DNA of 63,470 nt, filler included, from Octopus bimaculoides (GCF_001194135.2; 8 parts of 7 records of this genome joined end to end with filler, not necessarily neighbours in it), one strand, 5' to 3'. Positions 40,085 to 54,944 are shown, counted from the whole stretch's first letter. The notes: generated by a model from the sequence alone, not told the origin. Numbers and translations are program-made.

Positions 40085-40600
40085 GAATTTGGATTAAAAA
40101 GTGTGGCATACTTCTAATACAAAATGGTAAAATAGTGTCGTCGGGTGGTGTAGAGCTACCCAATGGCGAGAAAATCAAGGATATCGAGACTAATGGATAT
40201 AAATATCTGGGGATTTTGGAATACAACAAAATCAAGGAAAGTGAAGTTAAAGAAAGCTTTAGGCGAAGATATCTCAGAAGAACCAAATTAGTTATAGTAA
40301 GTAGGCTCAAAGGAAAAAAGATCAGGGTAATGAACACATGGGCTATTTCCTTAATGCAAAATGGCGCAGGTGTTGTTAGGCAGACAAAGAACGAGCTTGA
40401 GGGGATGGACATGAAGATGAGAAAAGTGATGACAATTAACAAGGAGCTACTCCCCCAAAACAATACTAACAAATTGTATGTGCCTAGGAACAGGGGGGAG
40501 AGGCCCCATTGAATGCAAGATCTATGTTGTCAACAAGAAGAACAGTCTGGGACGATATGTCAAAGAAAGGATACAGAACAAAGGCCAGTGGGGATTTACA
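40085..40600 (+). mobile_element. Second R4/Dong-like element, 5'-truncated RT thumb region starting in the (TAA)n array
   Basis: LPNGEKIKDIETNGYKYLGILE..IRVMNTWAISLM..ELEGMDMKMRKVMTINKELLPQNNTNKLYVPRNRGER matches the R4-clade YKYLG...LY.PR..GGRG region. Confidence 0.85.
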
Positions 40601-40699
40601 TATAGTTCATGTAAAGAGTAATAAACAAGTCCCCAAAAGAGGGAGGCTACACCTAACGGCAACCAAAGAACCCCACACATCCTGGACACGCCAAACGTC

Positions 40700-43335
40700 A
40701 AGGTATCCCACTTTTCTCCATCCAGTCTGAATTGTAGCTTTGTTGTCACATGGCGTCTCTGCTATCCGGATCTGTCAAACGGCTTCCATCACCTCGTTTT
40801 TTAGCGCACGCTCTCTAACTCTGATAAAGTAACTTTCGTGCTTGGCATTGCGAAATTGATCAAGAGTCAAATTTACTAAGTACCTCTTCTAGTTACCTAA
40901 CTATGTGCCCCTCTATTCAAGATTCCCTTTAATGTCAATTCCTTGCTAAGCCCTAATGCATCTACTTTAATAACTCTTTCCAGGGCTATCAGCCATCGAT
41001 TGTTGACGATTACACCCGACGACGTCTGATGGGCTAACTTGCTAAGCCGGTCTCTGAACATTTCACGCACCTGAGAAAGTCGCGTTTAGCTTCTTGTCTA
41101 TGGATCCTAACTAGGTCGACTTTACAGATCACAAATTTGTGGTCCGTGTAGCCAACGACTTTGAATTGTAGACAAATTACGCTACTTCTATCCGCTGGCT
41201 TACAGAATATTTTATCTAGATACGATCTGGAAAACCCGATGTTGCTTGCCCATGTCCACATTAGCGTATTCGGGAAACCCACTCGGTAACTGTCAGCCAC
41301 TTGAATGCGGCTAAGCAGGTTTGTGAGTCTTTTACAATCTCGGGTAACTCCGCTCTATCCAGATGTGTCTGCAAGATAGGGCTCCAATTGCCCACTAGCA
41401 CTAATGTGCAAAACGTCTCAAACAAAATCTACAAAATCCTGAAGAAATCTGTCTGCTCCTCCCCAGTCAGGATGTACACAGTGACTAGTCTAAAGCACAA
41501 CCTTAGTTATTGCTCACATCCCGGACCACCAACTTATCGTCTGATTCAAGGAAGATCGTCCGTACCTGGCCTTTCCTTACGAGCACGGCCACCCCACCTC
41601 CCATTCTTTGACGACTAAGAAAAATGTTCATCTCAAAGTCGTCAAAAATTGGAGTTAGTGTGCGTGCGTCAGAAACTCTGGTCTCACTAGTGGTCATCAC
41701 ATCCACGCATAGCAGCCTGGCGTTATTGAGCAAGCACCTTGCTTCCATGACAACATCTGGCCACACACATGTATGCAATCTACTTTAGTATTCGATGTCT
41801 TGGCTAGACAGACTTGGAAGTGAAGAAAGAATGGGGTAATTTACCTTCTCGGTGCTGTCAGTGGCCGGGTAGCCCGACCTCCGGCTCTGGCTGGGGTTTC
41901 TCTAGGAACCTCTTTAACAATCTATTGATGTCTTTTACATTATGGGTTCCCAAATCGTAAAGGAAAACCTCCCTAAAGTTCTTATATATTGTTAGCAGCA
42001 TGTGCACTAACAATAGCTCTTCCGACACTTTAAGAGTGTTGGTGTCATATATTGCATCCCCTCTCTCGATCAATTTATTTTGAGCTATGAGGGCCATCAA
42101 ATCTTAGTAGCACGAAATTTAAAGTCTGTGTGGTTGACTTCTATATTGAAAACTTTCTGTTGGGGGCGAGTAAGGGTTCTGATAGTGTTGGTTGTGCTGG
42201 CAGCGTTGGTTGTGTTGACGAATATAGAGCTGCTGGGGTTTGAGCTATTGTTGGAGTGACTGTGCATGATGTGAGAGCGTTCTCTGTTTCCTCCAGTGTG
42301 TGTGTTGGTGTGAGGCCAGGTGTTTGTTCCTGTGTTTTCTTTATTGTTGGAGGAACCAGAGGAAGAACCAGAGTCTGTGCAGTCCGTCCCAGATATGACT
42401 GGATGGGTGTGTTTATGTGGGTGTCTATGTGTGAGTGTGTGCTTGAGAGAGAAGGGGAAATAGAACGCCCTGGGTGGTCCTTTCTGTCGACGTTGGTGGT
42501 GACGGTGGTGGTGGTGGTGTTGGGATTATTGTTATTGATGCTGCTCCTATTGCTACCGTTGCTGATACTGTTTCTGCTACAGCTACTTTTGTTCCTGCTG
42601 CTCCTTCCGCCGCAGATAGAATCGCCGTTGGAAACCCCGATACAGCCTCCGTTATTGCTGGTGTTTTGGACTTTGGCGGTGTAAGTTTTCCTTGTGATGC
42701 ACTAGTCACTGTTACTGCACTTTTCTTGCTTTGTAGATGTCGTTGTAGCAGTCCTCTTCTGTTTTAGTGTGGGCAGAACGCCCATAGATGATCCCTCATT
42801 CCAGTGACATGACATCTTGTTCGTTTGCTTTCCACTCTTAACTTTGTTCTATTCGGCAGAGAGGTCAAGTCTAGGATTCTCTCCAGCTGATCTGGCTTTA
42901 CATGAAGAAGTACCTCCAGTGTGATCTCAGTCCATTTCTCCCTCCTTGATCTCTTCACTTTCAGGAGAGTTTCGCTCTCGTCCAATATCACACAAGCGAG
43001 AATCCACCACAAATCTAGCTCTGGCAGTAACATTTTTATGGTAATTTTCCCCAAATATGTAGAGAAGAGTTTGAAGTCTTCACTATGGCGGGCGGCTACT
43101 GAATTCTGGATTACCAGGGTCTCAGTCTTAAAAATAATACTTCGACTCCGCCGAACTGCTTTGCCCTCGATATATGGTCGATGTCCTGCCATATCTCATG
43201 TAAGACTCTTTCACTCTGGGTATTCGAAGCCGTTTCCAGACGTCGAGACTTGAGGCTATGACATTATTTTTCTGGCTGTAGCATCCAGTGCCTCAGGAAG
43301 CAGAGCGAACTCTGCCCTTCTCCCCTAGATTTTTT
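40700..43335 (-). mobile_element. L1/Tx1-like LINE relic: ORF1 plus apurinic endonuclease
   Basis: ORF1-like 43192-42764 ends in a degenerate zinc knuckle (CHVTGMRDHLWAFC). APE motifs SETR, GGGVAVLV, SYLDKI and YTDHK lie in 41778-41034. Confidence 0.75.
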
Positions 43336-43384
43336 CTAAATTTAGCCGCATTCGACAATTTAGATGCTTTCTAAGAAAGAGAGA

Positions 43385-44700
43385 GAAAAAGTTCCTTTGA
43401 GATTAGTAAGCTCGCAAGAGAAACCTTACTATTGTTGCTGTTGGTGAAGTTGTAACTGCTTTCACTGCATTATGATTGGGTGTTGAAACAATTAATGAAT
43501 CGCTCAAACGTGGATATGACATATCTTGATTTTGCAAAGGACTTTGATAAGGTTGATCGTGGGATGATATATCACAAGCTATGGAAACTCGGCATAGTCG
43601 AGAAACTGCGAGTGTAGTCACCTGACATTTGAAAGACATAGACCAGGCTGTAGCAGCCAAGGGGGCCATATCCTAGGAGGCAATAATAGCGTGTGTAGCG
43701 TGTCAGGGATCGGTTTTGGGGTCGCTGCCGTCAGTTACACAGGAAAATACAATTACTAGCTATGCCGACAATACAAATGTAGTACAAGCCGGAGAGGAAC
43801 CTCTCGAGGCTAATCTTGTAGAGAAAGACCTAGATGCCATATATAAAGGGGCTGAAGAAAACAACATGCAATTTAATGCAGAAAAATTCCAAGCCTTCTG
43901 CTTTCAGCCATGTCACGACAAAGACACTCTGGATCAAAAGGAGTGGCAATTCCAGAGTCAAGCACAATGCCTGATCTGGGGATTAATATGAGAAATGACG
44001 CCTCATTTCATGTACATATTACCAACATGGAGACAATGTGCATACAAATGGCTAGCGCCAGAAACTAAGCTAGTTCTAAGGAGGACATTTCTCCTCAGCC
44101 ATCTGGACAATTGCTCTCAACTATGGTCACCGCACAGTGTCAAATTAATAGCGGAACTTGAGGCAGTTCAATGGTGCTACACGAGGATGATTGCATCAAT
44201 GAAACAGCCGAGCTACTGGAAGAGACTGAAGGAGTTATGACTCTACTCCCTGAAGCAAACACAGGAGAGATGTGCAATGATAAACTTGTGGACGATCATA
44301 GAGGGGCTGGCACCAAATTTTGGCATCGAACGTTATATCAGCCTCGAACTAGACATCCCTGCATTGTTCCACATGTCCCATCCATCCTGTCTGGAGTGAG
44401 GACAAGCTACTGTAGTAGCTTGGATTTCAAAGGCCCACAGCAATTTAATATCTCGCCAAAAATTATGAGAGGTCATCATAGAGTGGGAATGGATGTTTTC
44501 AAGAAACAACTTGGCCTTCTGCTGTCCGAGTTCCCAGATGGTCCAATATCACGGCAAGACATTCAAAAGAGGGCAGCACTATTAAACTCCCTCCTTCATC
44601 AAATGTCAGTCTCAAAAGGGTGGCCATTGAAAATGTGAGAATACTGGCGGTGTCCCAGCACCCCACAATCTTTGGGCTGAAAGCATAACAGAATAAAATA
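43385..44700 (+). mobile_element. CR1/L2-clade LINE, decayed RT and 3' end
   Basis: DMTYLDFAKDFDKVDRG, SYADNT, NNMQFNAEKFQ and LSHLDNCSQLWSPH..LEAVQWCYTRMI..SYWKRLKEL. Confidence 0.88.
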
Positions 44701-45256
44701 ATATATATATATATATATATANNNNNNNNNNNNNNNNNNNNNNNNNNNNNNNNNNNNNNNNNNNNNNNNNNNNNNNNNNNNNNNNNNNNNNNNNNNNNNN
44801 NNNNNNNNNNNNNNNNNNNNNNNNNNNNNNNNNNNNNNNNNNNNNNNNNNNNNNNNNNNNNNNNNNNNNNNNNNNNNNNNNNNNNNNNNNNNNNNNNNNN
44901 NNNNNNNNNNNNNNNNNNNNNNNNNNNNNNNNNNNNNNNNNNNNNNNNNNNNNNNNNNNNNNNNNNNNNNNNNNNNNNNNNNNNNNNNAATTGCTCAGGG
45001 ACGTCATTCTCTTGACATAAATCTTGACCTTTTGTGAAAATATTATAGGTGATTATTTGCGTTTTCCGTCTCGAGAAGCAACACGTGAAAATCTCGATAG
45101 AAATAATCCATCAAAAATGTACAGTTCAGAGATAATCTAATCTAATTCAATTCTCAATTTTCGAAATTTGTTTCAAAATATATGATTTCAAAGTTTTTAA
45201 TAGAAAATTATCATTTAATCGGCCAATGAATACTTTTGATTCTCTCTCTCTCTCTC

Positions 45257-45293
<37 letters not shown>

Positions 45294-47962
45294 GTTTATC
45301 AATTCATTGCAAGATTCCTGATGTGAAATCGTGTGCTGAAACAGATATTGTATTTCGGGAGAGTAATTTTTTACCCAAATAAACACATGCGCTATATACA
45401 TATTTTTTCTTCACTCGTGTATTACTCTTCTTATTATATTATTTTAACTCATGTCCGGAAATCTTTTGTCACACATCTCTGACCTCAGCGACAATTTTTT
45501 TTTTCGTTTGTGTTCTTGCTCCACTTACTCCATTCTGTTCTTCTAAGAACACGTCTTAGAAAAACAGAAGAACACGTCTTAGAAAAACAGAATTACATCT
45601 CTCCACGTGGCGCAAGAACACACACAAAAACGAAAAGTGTCACCTGAAATTGATATTAGCTCAAATGGAGTGGCTAAACAAATATGTACATGACCTATCG
45701 ACACTTCGGTAGACATGCAAAAGGGAATTCCGTTAGTTATTATGAAATTTCACTGCCTAACCGCGTACTGCTTTATATCTGATTTGACTTCATGTAGTGT
45801 ATTATAGCTTTTGTGTTATTTTATTGTATTAATGTATGCTGCATAATACACGTGCGATACCTAGAAGTACATTTTACAGTCTGATTTGTATCAGTGTTAG
45901 CCTGGTGGAGAAATGTAATATAATGTCTTTCTCTGTCTTTCTTCCAATACTTACAATTTTGACATTTCTATCCAAAGCTCTTTTTAGGGAAATAGTTTCC
46001 TCGTCTATTTCCGATATATGTTACCGTCTGCTCCATACGATAATAACGAAACATTTTCTTTGTGGTGTTTGAGATATTTCCTTTAATCTTCCTGTCAATG
46101 GAAACTGGTACAATCTTGAATGGTGTTATTTCATCTCTGAAATATGTTGTATATGATTTTAAAACCAGTTTTCTGTCGGTATCCAATGACAGTGCTATTA
46201 AATAAATCCACCAGTGTTATATACGTTTATATAATTTAGTTGCATCTTAAAAACTTGTACATAGAATAGTTACGTTTTAAAACAGTATTTCATTAAATGA
46301 TTCAAGTATTTCTTTGCAAAAGAGTGATCTTTTGCAGGAATCAAATTGTAGGTCTCCCATAGCTTCCTTCATTAACTCTGCTTTTTCTAGTCATTTTCAT
46401 TACTGATTATGAAGAAACTTTCTTTAACATCTTACCGCTACATTTTGAAATTCCATTTGTTAAACTTGGAATTGACTTATTTAATATTTTGTTATCGTTT
46501 GTTTCGATTCTCTTAAACAGATATGTATGCACCTCTTTGTTTTAAATTTTAAATATATAACGACTATTTTAAATATATAAATAACCAAACTATTTGTACT
46601 TCATTTTCTTTAGGCATTAAGAAGTATTTTTGTCATGTAGTAAGAAAATTTTATATGTGCAGAAAATTAATAAATATGTGCGATATTTATCAAGTTATTT
46701 GCAGTAAAATTTACTGGTATATTCACCGGCATATTTACCGCAAATTCATATACATAATATAAAATATAATGTATAATATTTTCGACTGGTGAGTGGATGG
46801 TATCCTCACAATGCAGTCAATTTTTTCATTATTTTTTTTTTCTACACCTGTAGAATAATGATACATTTTGCTTCAATTTTCAAATTTAGTTCAACTATTA
46901 AAGTATTAATCAGACTCGTTATTAATTCTCTTCCGATCATATTTTTTATTTTGTATATTGCAATTTATCTAGTTCAAATGAGTCTTAAATATATTTATTT
47001 GTAGGTCAATTTCCTTATCTATACTTTTAATTGATTTATCATAATTTATATTATTCCTCAAAGCCTCAACCAATCTTAGATCTAATTTTATGACGATTCT
47101 ACAATTAAATCTTCATATCATATATATAAAAGTGTCCAGTGATCACTCAAATGCAGGTTGCAGCTTTATGATAAAAGAGATGCTAATTTATAATATTTGT
47201 ATCTCCAACGTATTGCTTAAAAATATAGACGCCAAATTGCAAAGAAATAAATAGAATCTATCTTATAAGAAGGCCCTCTCTCTTGTACAGATCGATTTAT
47301 TATTTATTTTAGTTCTTTAATTGGTTTGCATTTTATAGAATTCTCTGTTAATAATGACATGTTTAACATCTCTGCTTCTTATTATCATACTTGACTTAAT
47401 GCCACTAAAAGTTACAAATGAAAGAAGCTGTCAAACGATTCCTAATAATGAATTCTTTAGGATCTATTAGAATTTTCTCCTCTGTTATCCGTCAGCTTTA
47501 TCTCTCAGTGACTGATTATCCATACGTAGAAGCTCTTTCAAGATATAAACTGAGGCATGCCAGAAGCCCGTCGTGTATATANNNNNNNNNNNNNNNNNNN
47601 NNNNNNNNNNNNNNNNNNNNNNNNNTTAATTAATTAANNNNNNNNNNNNNNNNNNNNNNNNNNNNNNNNNNNNNNNNNNNNTATATATATATATATATAT
47701 ATATATGTTTCTATGTATTTATATATACATACACACACGTACATATATGTAAGGCTTCAGAATTTCCATATAAATATTTTCCCATTAAAGCTATTTCTTT
47801 TGTTCGACAGTTTTTCTTGCACCTACCAACACTCGATCTGTGAGTCACACTCAGTGTTTACTTTACAAGTAACAACAAAACAGTATTAGTTTGTAGATAT
47901 TCTTGAATAAGAAAACAAACGTAAACGATGTGTACGAAACACTAAAGATTAAACACCGAAGA

Positions 47963-48017
<55 letters not shown>

Positions 48018-48331
48018 ATCTCCCACTCACTCTCTATGTATATACACGAATACATACATATATACATACATGCATACATATATACATACATGCATACATA
48101 TATACATACATGCATACGTATATTCATACATACTTATAAGGGTATGTGTGTATATATACATATTTAATGGAAAAAAAGAAGAACAAACACAAAAAAACAC
48201 AACAACGCGAGGGCGTGGTACATGTAAAGTATTAGCAGACGTTGAGGGAAGGGAGGAAAGACGGTTTAACGTCTTGAGCAGGCGGTCTTCTTCGGAAACA
48301 GGAAAGTCCAATAGAAGGGAAGACAGAGAAA

Positions 48332-48367
<36 letters not shown>

Positions 48368-50394
48368 NNNNNNNNNNNNNNNNNNNNNNNNNNNNNNNNN
48401 NNNNNNNNNNNNNNNNNNNNNNNNNNNNNNNNNNNNNNNNNNNNNNNNNNNNNNNNNNNNNNNNNNNNNNNNNNNNNNNNNNNNNNNNNNNNNNNNNNNN
48501 NNNNNNNNNNNNNNNNNNNNNNNNNNNNNNNNNNNNNNNNNNNNNNNNNNNNNNNNNNNNNNNNNNNNNNNNNNNNNNNNNNNNNNNNNNNNNNNNNNNN
48601 NNNNNNNNNNNNNNNNNNNNNNNNNNNNNNNNNNNNNNNNNNNNNNNNNNNNNNNNNNNNNNNNNNNNNNNNNNNNNNNNNNNNNNNNNNNNNNNNNNNN
48701 NNNNNNNNNNNNNNNNNNNNNNNNNNNNNNNNNNNNNNNNNNNNNNNNNNNNNNNNNNNNNNNNNNNNNNNNNNNNNNNNNNNNNNNNNNNNNNNNNNNN
48801 NNNNNNNNNNNNNNNNNNNNNNNNNNNNNNNNNNNNNNNNNNNNNNNNNNNNNNNNNNNNNNNNNNNNNNNNNNNNNNNNNNNNNNNNNNNNNNNNNNNN
48901 NNNNNNNNNNNNNNNNNNNNNNNNNNNNNNNNNNNNNNNNNNNNNNNNNNNNNNNNNNNNNNNNNNNNNNNNNNNNNNNNNNNNNNNNNNNNNNNNNNNN
49001 NNNNNNNNNNNNNNNNNNNNNNNNNNNNNNNNNNNNNNNNNATATATATATATATATGTTTCTACCGATGAATGTATGTATGTATGTATCTATCTATCTA
49101 TCTATCTGTCTATCATTTTCTTCTCCTTTCTTTCTGCTCTATCGTAGAACATCTCTGCTGTTGCCGTATTACATATCAATACACCCAAGTTCACTTATTT
49201 TTTACACTTTTCTTAAAATCTAAAATCATATGCTTACTACATTTCTTTGATTTTCTTTGCCTGTTACCCGTTGTCCATCTCTTTGTATATTGCAATCGAC
49301 TCACTGTTCTAGCTTCCGAAACTCACCTCGCTTACAAACACTCGACATCACATTCAAAGCACGTTCTTTATGTTTGCTAAAAGAAATATGTGCTAATGAT
49401 AATAATAAACACCATAATAGGTCTGTGTTTCTACGAGACTTTAGTTAACCAGTTAATATATTCAGAGTTGTCAGTTATCAGTCTTATCATACAGACAGAC
49501 ACAGGTTGGTGTAATGTTACAACGAAGTTAGTTTGACTTTCGTGTCTGGTGTAATAAGTCAGTGGTTTTTGCAGCACCTGACATTGTCCTTAACATTACT
49601 GGACATGGGACGACACACACGCACACACAAACGCACGCACACACACATTCAGAAGCATACGTGTGCGCGCGTGTGTATGTGTGTGTGTATATATGCACAT
49701 ATACATACGTATATGTACATATTTACATCTATACGTATATATATATATATATATATGCGAGTAAAAATAAATACAAAAAAAGGTGGATTTTTTTGTATGA
49801 TTGTGTATAGAGGAATATATTATTTTGCTTAAAAGAGTTCCAACACTGTCTGTTTTTTATGTTTTATTTATATTCCTGCAGAACTAATGTGGGGTATAGA
49901 ATATGGAATATGCATATGTGGGCACAGGACGTCACGAAACGTGTACAACAAAAAAATACGAAACACAAGTACATGGAATATTAACTATTTTTTCGAACAA
50001 CGAAAGAAACAAATAGAAAACAAAACAAACAACATAAAGAACGTCCCTTCATCAGTTGTTGGCTGTTTTTCTAGTCTCGTATTTCGAGCATTTAACAACA
50101 ATATACGCTTTCGATAAAACAGTTACTCCCGCAAAGAAAATTAAATAATATTTAGGATTTTGCGGAGGGTCAAAATTGGTAACACAAACACGACAGTGAA
50201 AACTAACAGGAAGGGCTGCTTTCCCTAAACTAGAAAAGAATTACAATATTAACATGAAGTGTAGACCGCTATTGGACTCAAGACCACGGCATCATGTCGC
50301 AACTTGAAATCTATACTTTTACAATCGTACATGTCTCATGAACAAACGGAACAGCGAAGCCATTAAAATTTCATGATGCAACCGCAGATGTTGA

Positions 50395-50775
50395 TAATGT
50401 GGCTTCGGTGGAAAACATAACACATATAATCAGCTGCTGTCCAAAAATATCATCGAGTTACTACTGCTCACTGCGACATGATGTGGTTAAAACAACATAC
50501 AATGCCATCCGTAGGAAAAAAGACTGCTCTAGGATAAATATAAACAGTTCCGTTGCGGAATACATACATACATACATACATACATAATCAGCTCAAGGAA
50601 TATTATTGGGTCATTCTCATCGAAACGTCTACCAAGTGCGAACTTAAAAGACCTGACATAGTTATCTGGGATGGAAAAGAAAACTTATATACAGTCATAG
50701 AGGTTACTTACGTAGCAGATGTAAGTATTTCTTTCAAAATCAATGTGGAGAATGTTTATGAACAGTTTCTTTGAA
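50395..50775 (+). mobile_element. RLE-type LINE remnant: CCHC region and endonuclease
   Basis: VENITHIISCCPKISSSYYCSLRHD followed by KRPDIVIWD..VIEV. Confidence 0.75.
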
Positions 50776-51401
50776 ACCTGCCTCTACGTTCTGCATTCAT
50801 ACCAATAACCGTTGATGCATTCAGTTGTATTAATAACTGTCTAAGCGACGGTTTTGGAGAAATTAGAATTTAAAAGCAAAGGAAAGACCCGACTAACACG
50901 AACTTTACAGACACAATCTGTAATTTGAACAGCAAAAATATCCAAGATTTTGTAACAATTATTGTTGTTATTCAGACTCCAAGGATGCAGTTTTTGTCTT
51001 TTTGATAGGAACCGACTCCCATCTTCTAAAACGGATACTAATGAAAAGATATAAGAAAAAGACATATGCACATATACATACATGTATACTCCCCTCAAGT
51101 CTCAGTCATTATATTACGACCTTCTTGGGACTATCTCTGTTGGGAAATATTCTGTTCCAATGAACTAAAAACACACTTCATCGACCTTGGAATGGTAAAA
51201 GACGAAATTTCCGTCCTCTGTATTAATTCTGTTTATATCAAATTACTAGGCAGATCTAAACGATTGTATCCCAGCCATAGAGAATGTGAGTCTAGAAAAG
51301 GTGGTTGTGAGCCTCTAGTAGGAATCTTTATTATTGTTACTGTCAGTAAAGAAGTTAGAACATTCAAATGTATATTCTGTGTTGGCCGTTAAACATAACC
51401 A

Positions 51402-51493
<92 letters not shown>

Positions 51494-51763
51494 AAATATA
51501 TTTCGTAAATAGAATAATTTGTCCATGGTTGTTTTTAAAAAATTAATTGAAATTACGTTTGAATGTTTTTTTCGAGCAATTCATTTTTCAGCCAATTTGT
51601 TTTTCTACTAGCATGCCCTTTGAATAATTTGACTTCCTAAGTGTATATCTTCTGACCAATTTGTCTTTCGGTCAATATACTTTCGATCAATGCACTTTCG
51701 ACTAATCCATTTCGATGTATTTGTGTTAGATGAATGTGTTGTATTCCATGCATATATATATAA

Positions 51764-51795
<32 letters not shown>

Positions 51796-52190
51796 NNNNN
51801 NNNNNNNNNNNNNNNNNNNNNNNNNNNNNNNNNNNNNNNNNNNNNNNNNNNNNNNNNNNNNNNNNNNNNNNNNNNNNNNNNNNNNNNNNNNNNNNNNNNN
51901 NNNNNNNNNNNNNNNNNNNNNNNNNNNNNNNNNNNNNNNNACTTGGAAAAGTAATATAAATATATAGATATATGCATATATCCATACATATATGTACATA
52001 CCTCCCTCTATATGTATACATAATGCATATATGGGTACAGGACATAAAAAAAAAAAACGTTAAACACAGTGAGAAACGAAAAACGAAAACAGAAAACGAA
52101 CTTTTTTCGAACAACGAAAAAAACCCCAGAGAAACGAGACATTTATATTATTATATGATCGAACGCCACGCATCCTTTTCCAAGTAAGTT

Positions 52191-52232
<42 letters not shown>

Positions 52233-53414
52233 CTCTATCTATCTATCTATCTATCTACCTATCTCTCTCTATATATATGGTGTGCGTGAGTGTGTGTGTC
52301 AATATATATTTAATGTATTTATGACACATGTATGCTTATTTGTATGTGCTTGCGAGAGAGTATAAATGTATTTGTATGTGTCTTTTAATTACATGATTTG
52401 GAAGCCTTTAAAAGCAATTAAAAGTTCGCCCGTATATTCTTATTGGATTTGCCGTTGAAATAAGATATTTAAAAAGGAAAAGAATCTATTAATGTTTATT
52501 TTCGAGGTTAAGTGTTACGCAGTGATAGTCTGAGCTTCTGCTTTGAGATACAAACATCTGAGGAGGTTTCTTTCCGTTTTCTTTTTTCAATTGCGATGCA
52601 CCAGATAATAAAATTACCGAACGTCCAGGCTCTGACGGAATTATCGCATAACCAAGGCCATAGTGGTTAGTAGGTTCGTTTCGCAATGCATGGGTTTGGA
52701 TTCGAACCCACTATGAGGCATGCTGTGGAAGACTTTTCTGCTATATATCCTTGGGCCTTGCAACTGAAATTTGGTAGACAGAATTATTCCTGAGTGGTAG
52801 ACTTAATCCGTGTCTCGGTTTATCATCGCCACCTGGTTCTCACAACTCATTTGTCAATTATTTATTACTGAATGACATGAAAGCGTCAGTTATCACTTCT
52901 AAACACTTTTGTACATCTGATAACAAGCCCTTATACAAAAATTGTCAGTATATCATAGAATTCACTAATAAAATTATCACGATCTATTGTAAGAAAACAC
53001 AATTTTATACTTACTTTAGAATTTCATGACACGTCATTCATGCATGATTTCATAAGCATTTATCATCTGTGGGAAAATAAAATAGAAACGTATGAAATTT
53101 AAAGAAAGTTATTTTCTATGGCAACATACGTATCATTACTGCTTTACACAGAGCTACAAATGTGACTGTCGTTGTTGTATAGCGCTTGGTCGTTTCTGAT
53201 CGAACAGACTTATGACCAAAGACACTCAACTTGGGAACCATTCCATTCTCGGAGAAACTACATTCTCTAATGTACTGTTGTTGTATGATTAAGAAGCTTG
53301 CTTCCCAAGCAAGTAGTCTTGGGTACAGTCCCACTGCATGGCACCTAAGGCAAGTGTCTTCTGCTATAGCTCCGAGCCGACCAAAGTCGAAAGGAAACCG
53401 AAAGAAGACCGTTG

Positions 53415-53488
<74 letters not shown>

Positions 53489-54013
53489 CATCTATCTATC
53501 TATCTATCTATCTATCTGTGATCTGGACGGATGCTAGTCACATCGGCTCGCAAGTAAGTTGGCCTTTTATATGTCAAAACTTTTGCAGTTTTAAAATATT
53601 TTTTGTGGAAGAGGTGTATAAGTCTATACANNNNNNNNNNNNNNNNNNNNNNNNNNNNNNNNNNNNNNNNNNNNTTAATTAATTAANNNNNNNNNNNNNN
53701 NNNNNNNNNNNNNNNNNNNNNNNNNNNNNNCATGGAAAGCGGACGTTAAACGATGATGATGATGATGATGATGCTCACACACAGACATATGCACACATAT
53801 ACACATACATACACACACACACACAAAAATGCACATACACGTACATGTACACACACACACTCTCTCTCTCTCTCTCTCTCTCTTTCACCAGATATTCATT
53901 TTGCAATGTTGCTTAGTTCTTCCATCTAGCACCACCATTGTCATTGTTGTTGTTATTGTTCTTATCATCATCATCGTCATCATCTTCATCTCCCTCTCTC
54001 CTCTCCATTTCAG

Positions 54014-54163
54014 ATGTTTTTTAAGAAAACACGTACCGAAAACCTGATCAGTTCCCTTCTATCCGACGTCCACCCGTCTGTTCGCAAATATCTCCACTTC
54101 AGTTCTATCATCCAGGAAGTTATCCACCCTTTAATGTCCATCCTTCAGCCGGCCCTCAGACCC
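54014..54163 (+). CDS. CHTF18: Chromosome transmission fidelity protein 18, internal exon (first found)
   Basis: ccatttcAG|MFFKKTRTENLISSLLSDVHPSVRKYLHFSSIIQEVIHPLMSILQPALRP|GTAAGT. 150 nt. Resembles the Ctf18 segment NLI.TL...I.P...ILAPKLRP. Confidence 0.85.
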
Positions 54164-54813
54164 GTAAGTATCCCCTCACGTTTAACTGCACCTCATTTAA
54201 TCTGCAACCATTTAATCCTTCAGCATTTGAACCCGCCATCCCCAACCCAAATGCTCTGCTTGTTTTTACAGGTACAATCTGTTTGACAGGCTTCTGCACA
54301 GTTTCCATCTGTCGTGGTTGTGAAGTGGACTTCTTAACCATTTGGCCTTGTTTGCATCTGAACACACATAGGCACAGGAACAAACACACACAAACACATG
54401 CACACGTGCACGCACACATACATAGATAAACAGACACACACAATAATGCACATGCATACATACTCTTATATGCATGCACACACACACACACACACAGATT
54501 AATAGACACATACACACATAGATAAACACACACACACACACATTTAAACAGAGATGCACTCACATGCGCATACACAGGCACACAGATTAATAGACACAGA
54601 CACACATAGATAAAAATACACACACACAGATATACAGACATGCACGCATGCACTCATGCACACATACACACACAGATTAATAAACACAGACACACATAGA
54701 TAAACACACACACACACAGAGAAACATATATGTGTGTGTGTGTGTGTGCGTGCATACATGCAGCTGTGCACATGCATTTGAGATGTTAACTTGGGGTGCA
54801 CACTCTGTTGCAG

Positions 54814-54944
54814 GTTAACATGCAGTTGTACAGCAATCGGGAAAAGGAATGCTTGAGGCAACTCATCATCACCATGGTCGCTTATAACATGACCTACCAG
54901 CAGGAGAAATCAGCTGATGGCCAGTACAACTATGTCTTGGAACC
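54814..54944 (+). CDS. CHTF18: CHTF18 internal exon
   Basis: ttgcAG|VNMQLYSNREKECLRQLIITMVAYNMTYQQEKSADGQYNYVLE(P)|GTAAGT. 131 nt. Compare human CHTF18 VSTQLYSTREKQQLASLVGTMLAYSLTYRQERTPDGQYIYRLEP (recalled). Confidence 0.92.

Noticed and set aside
51066-51392. 108-aa + ORF as a missing CHTF18 exon
   Set aside because: No Ctf18/RFC motifs, and it begins in a microsatellite.
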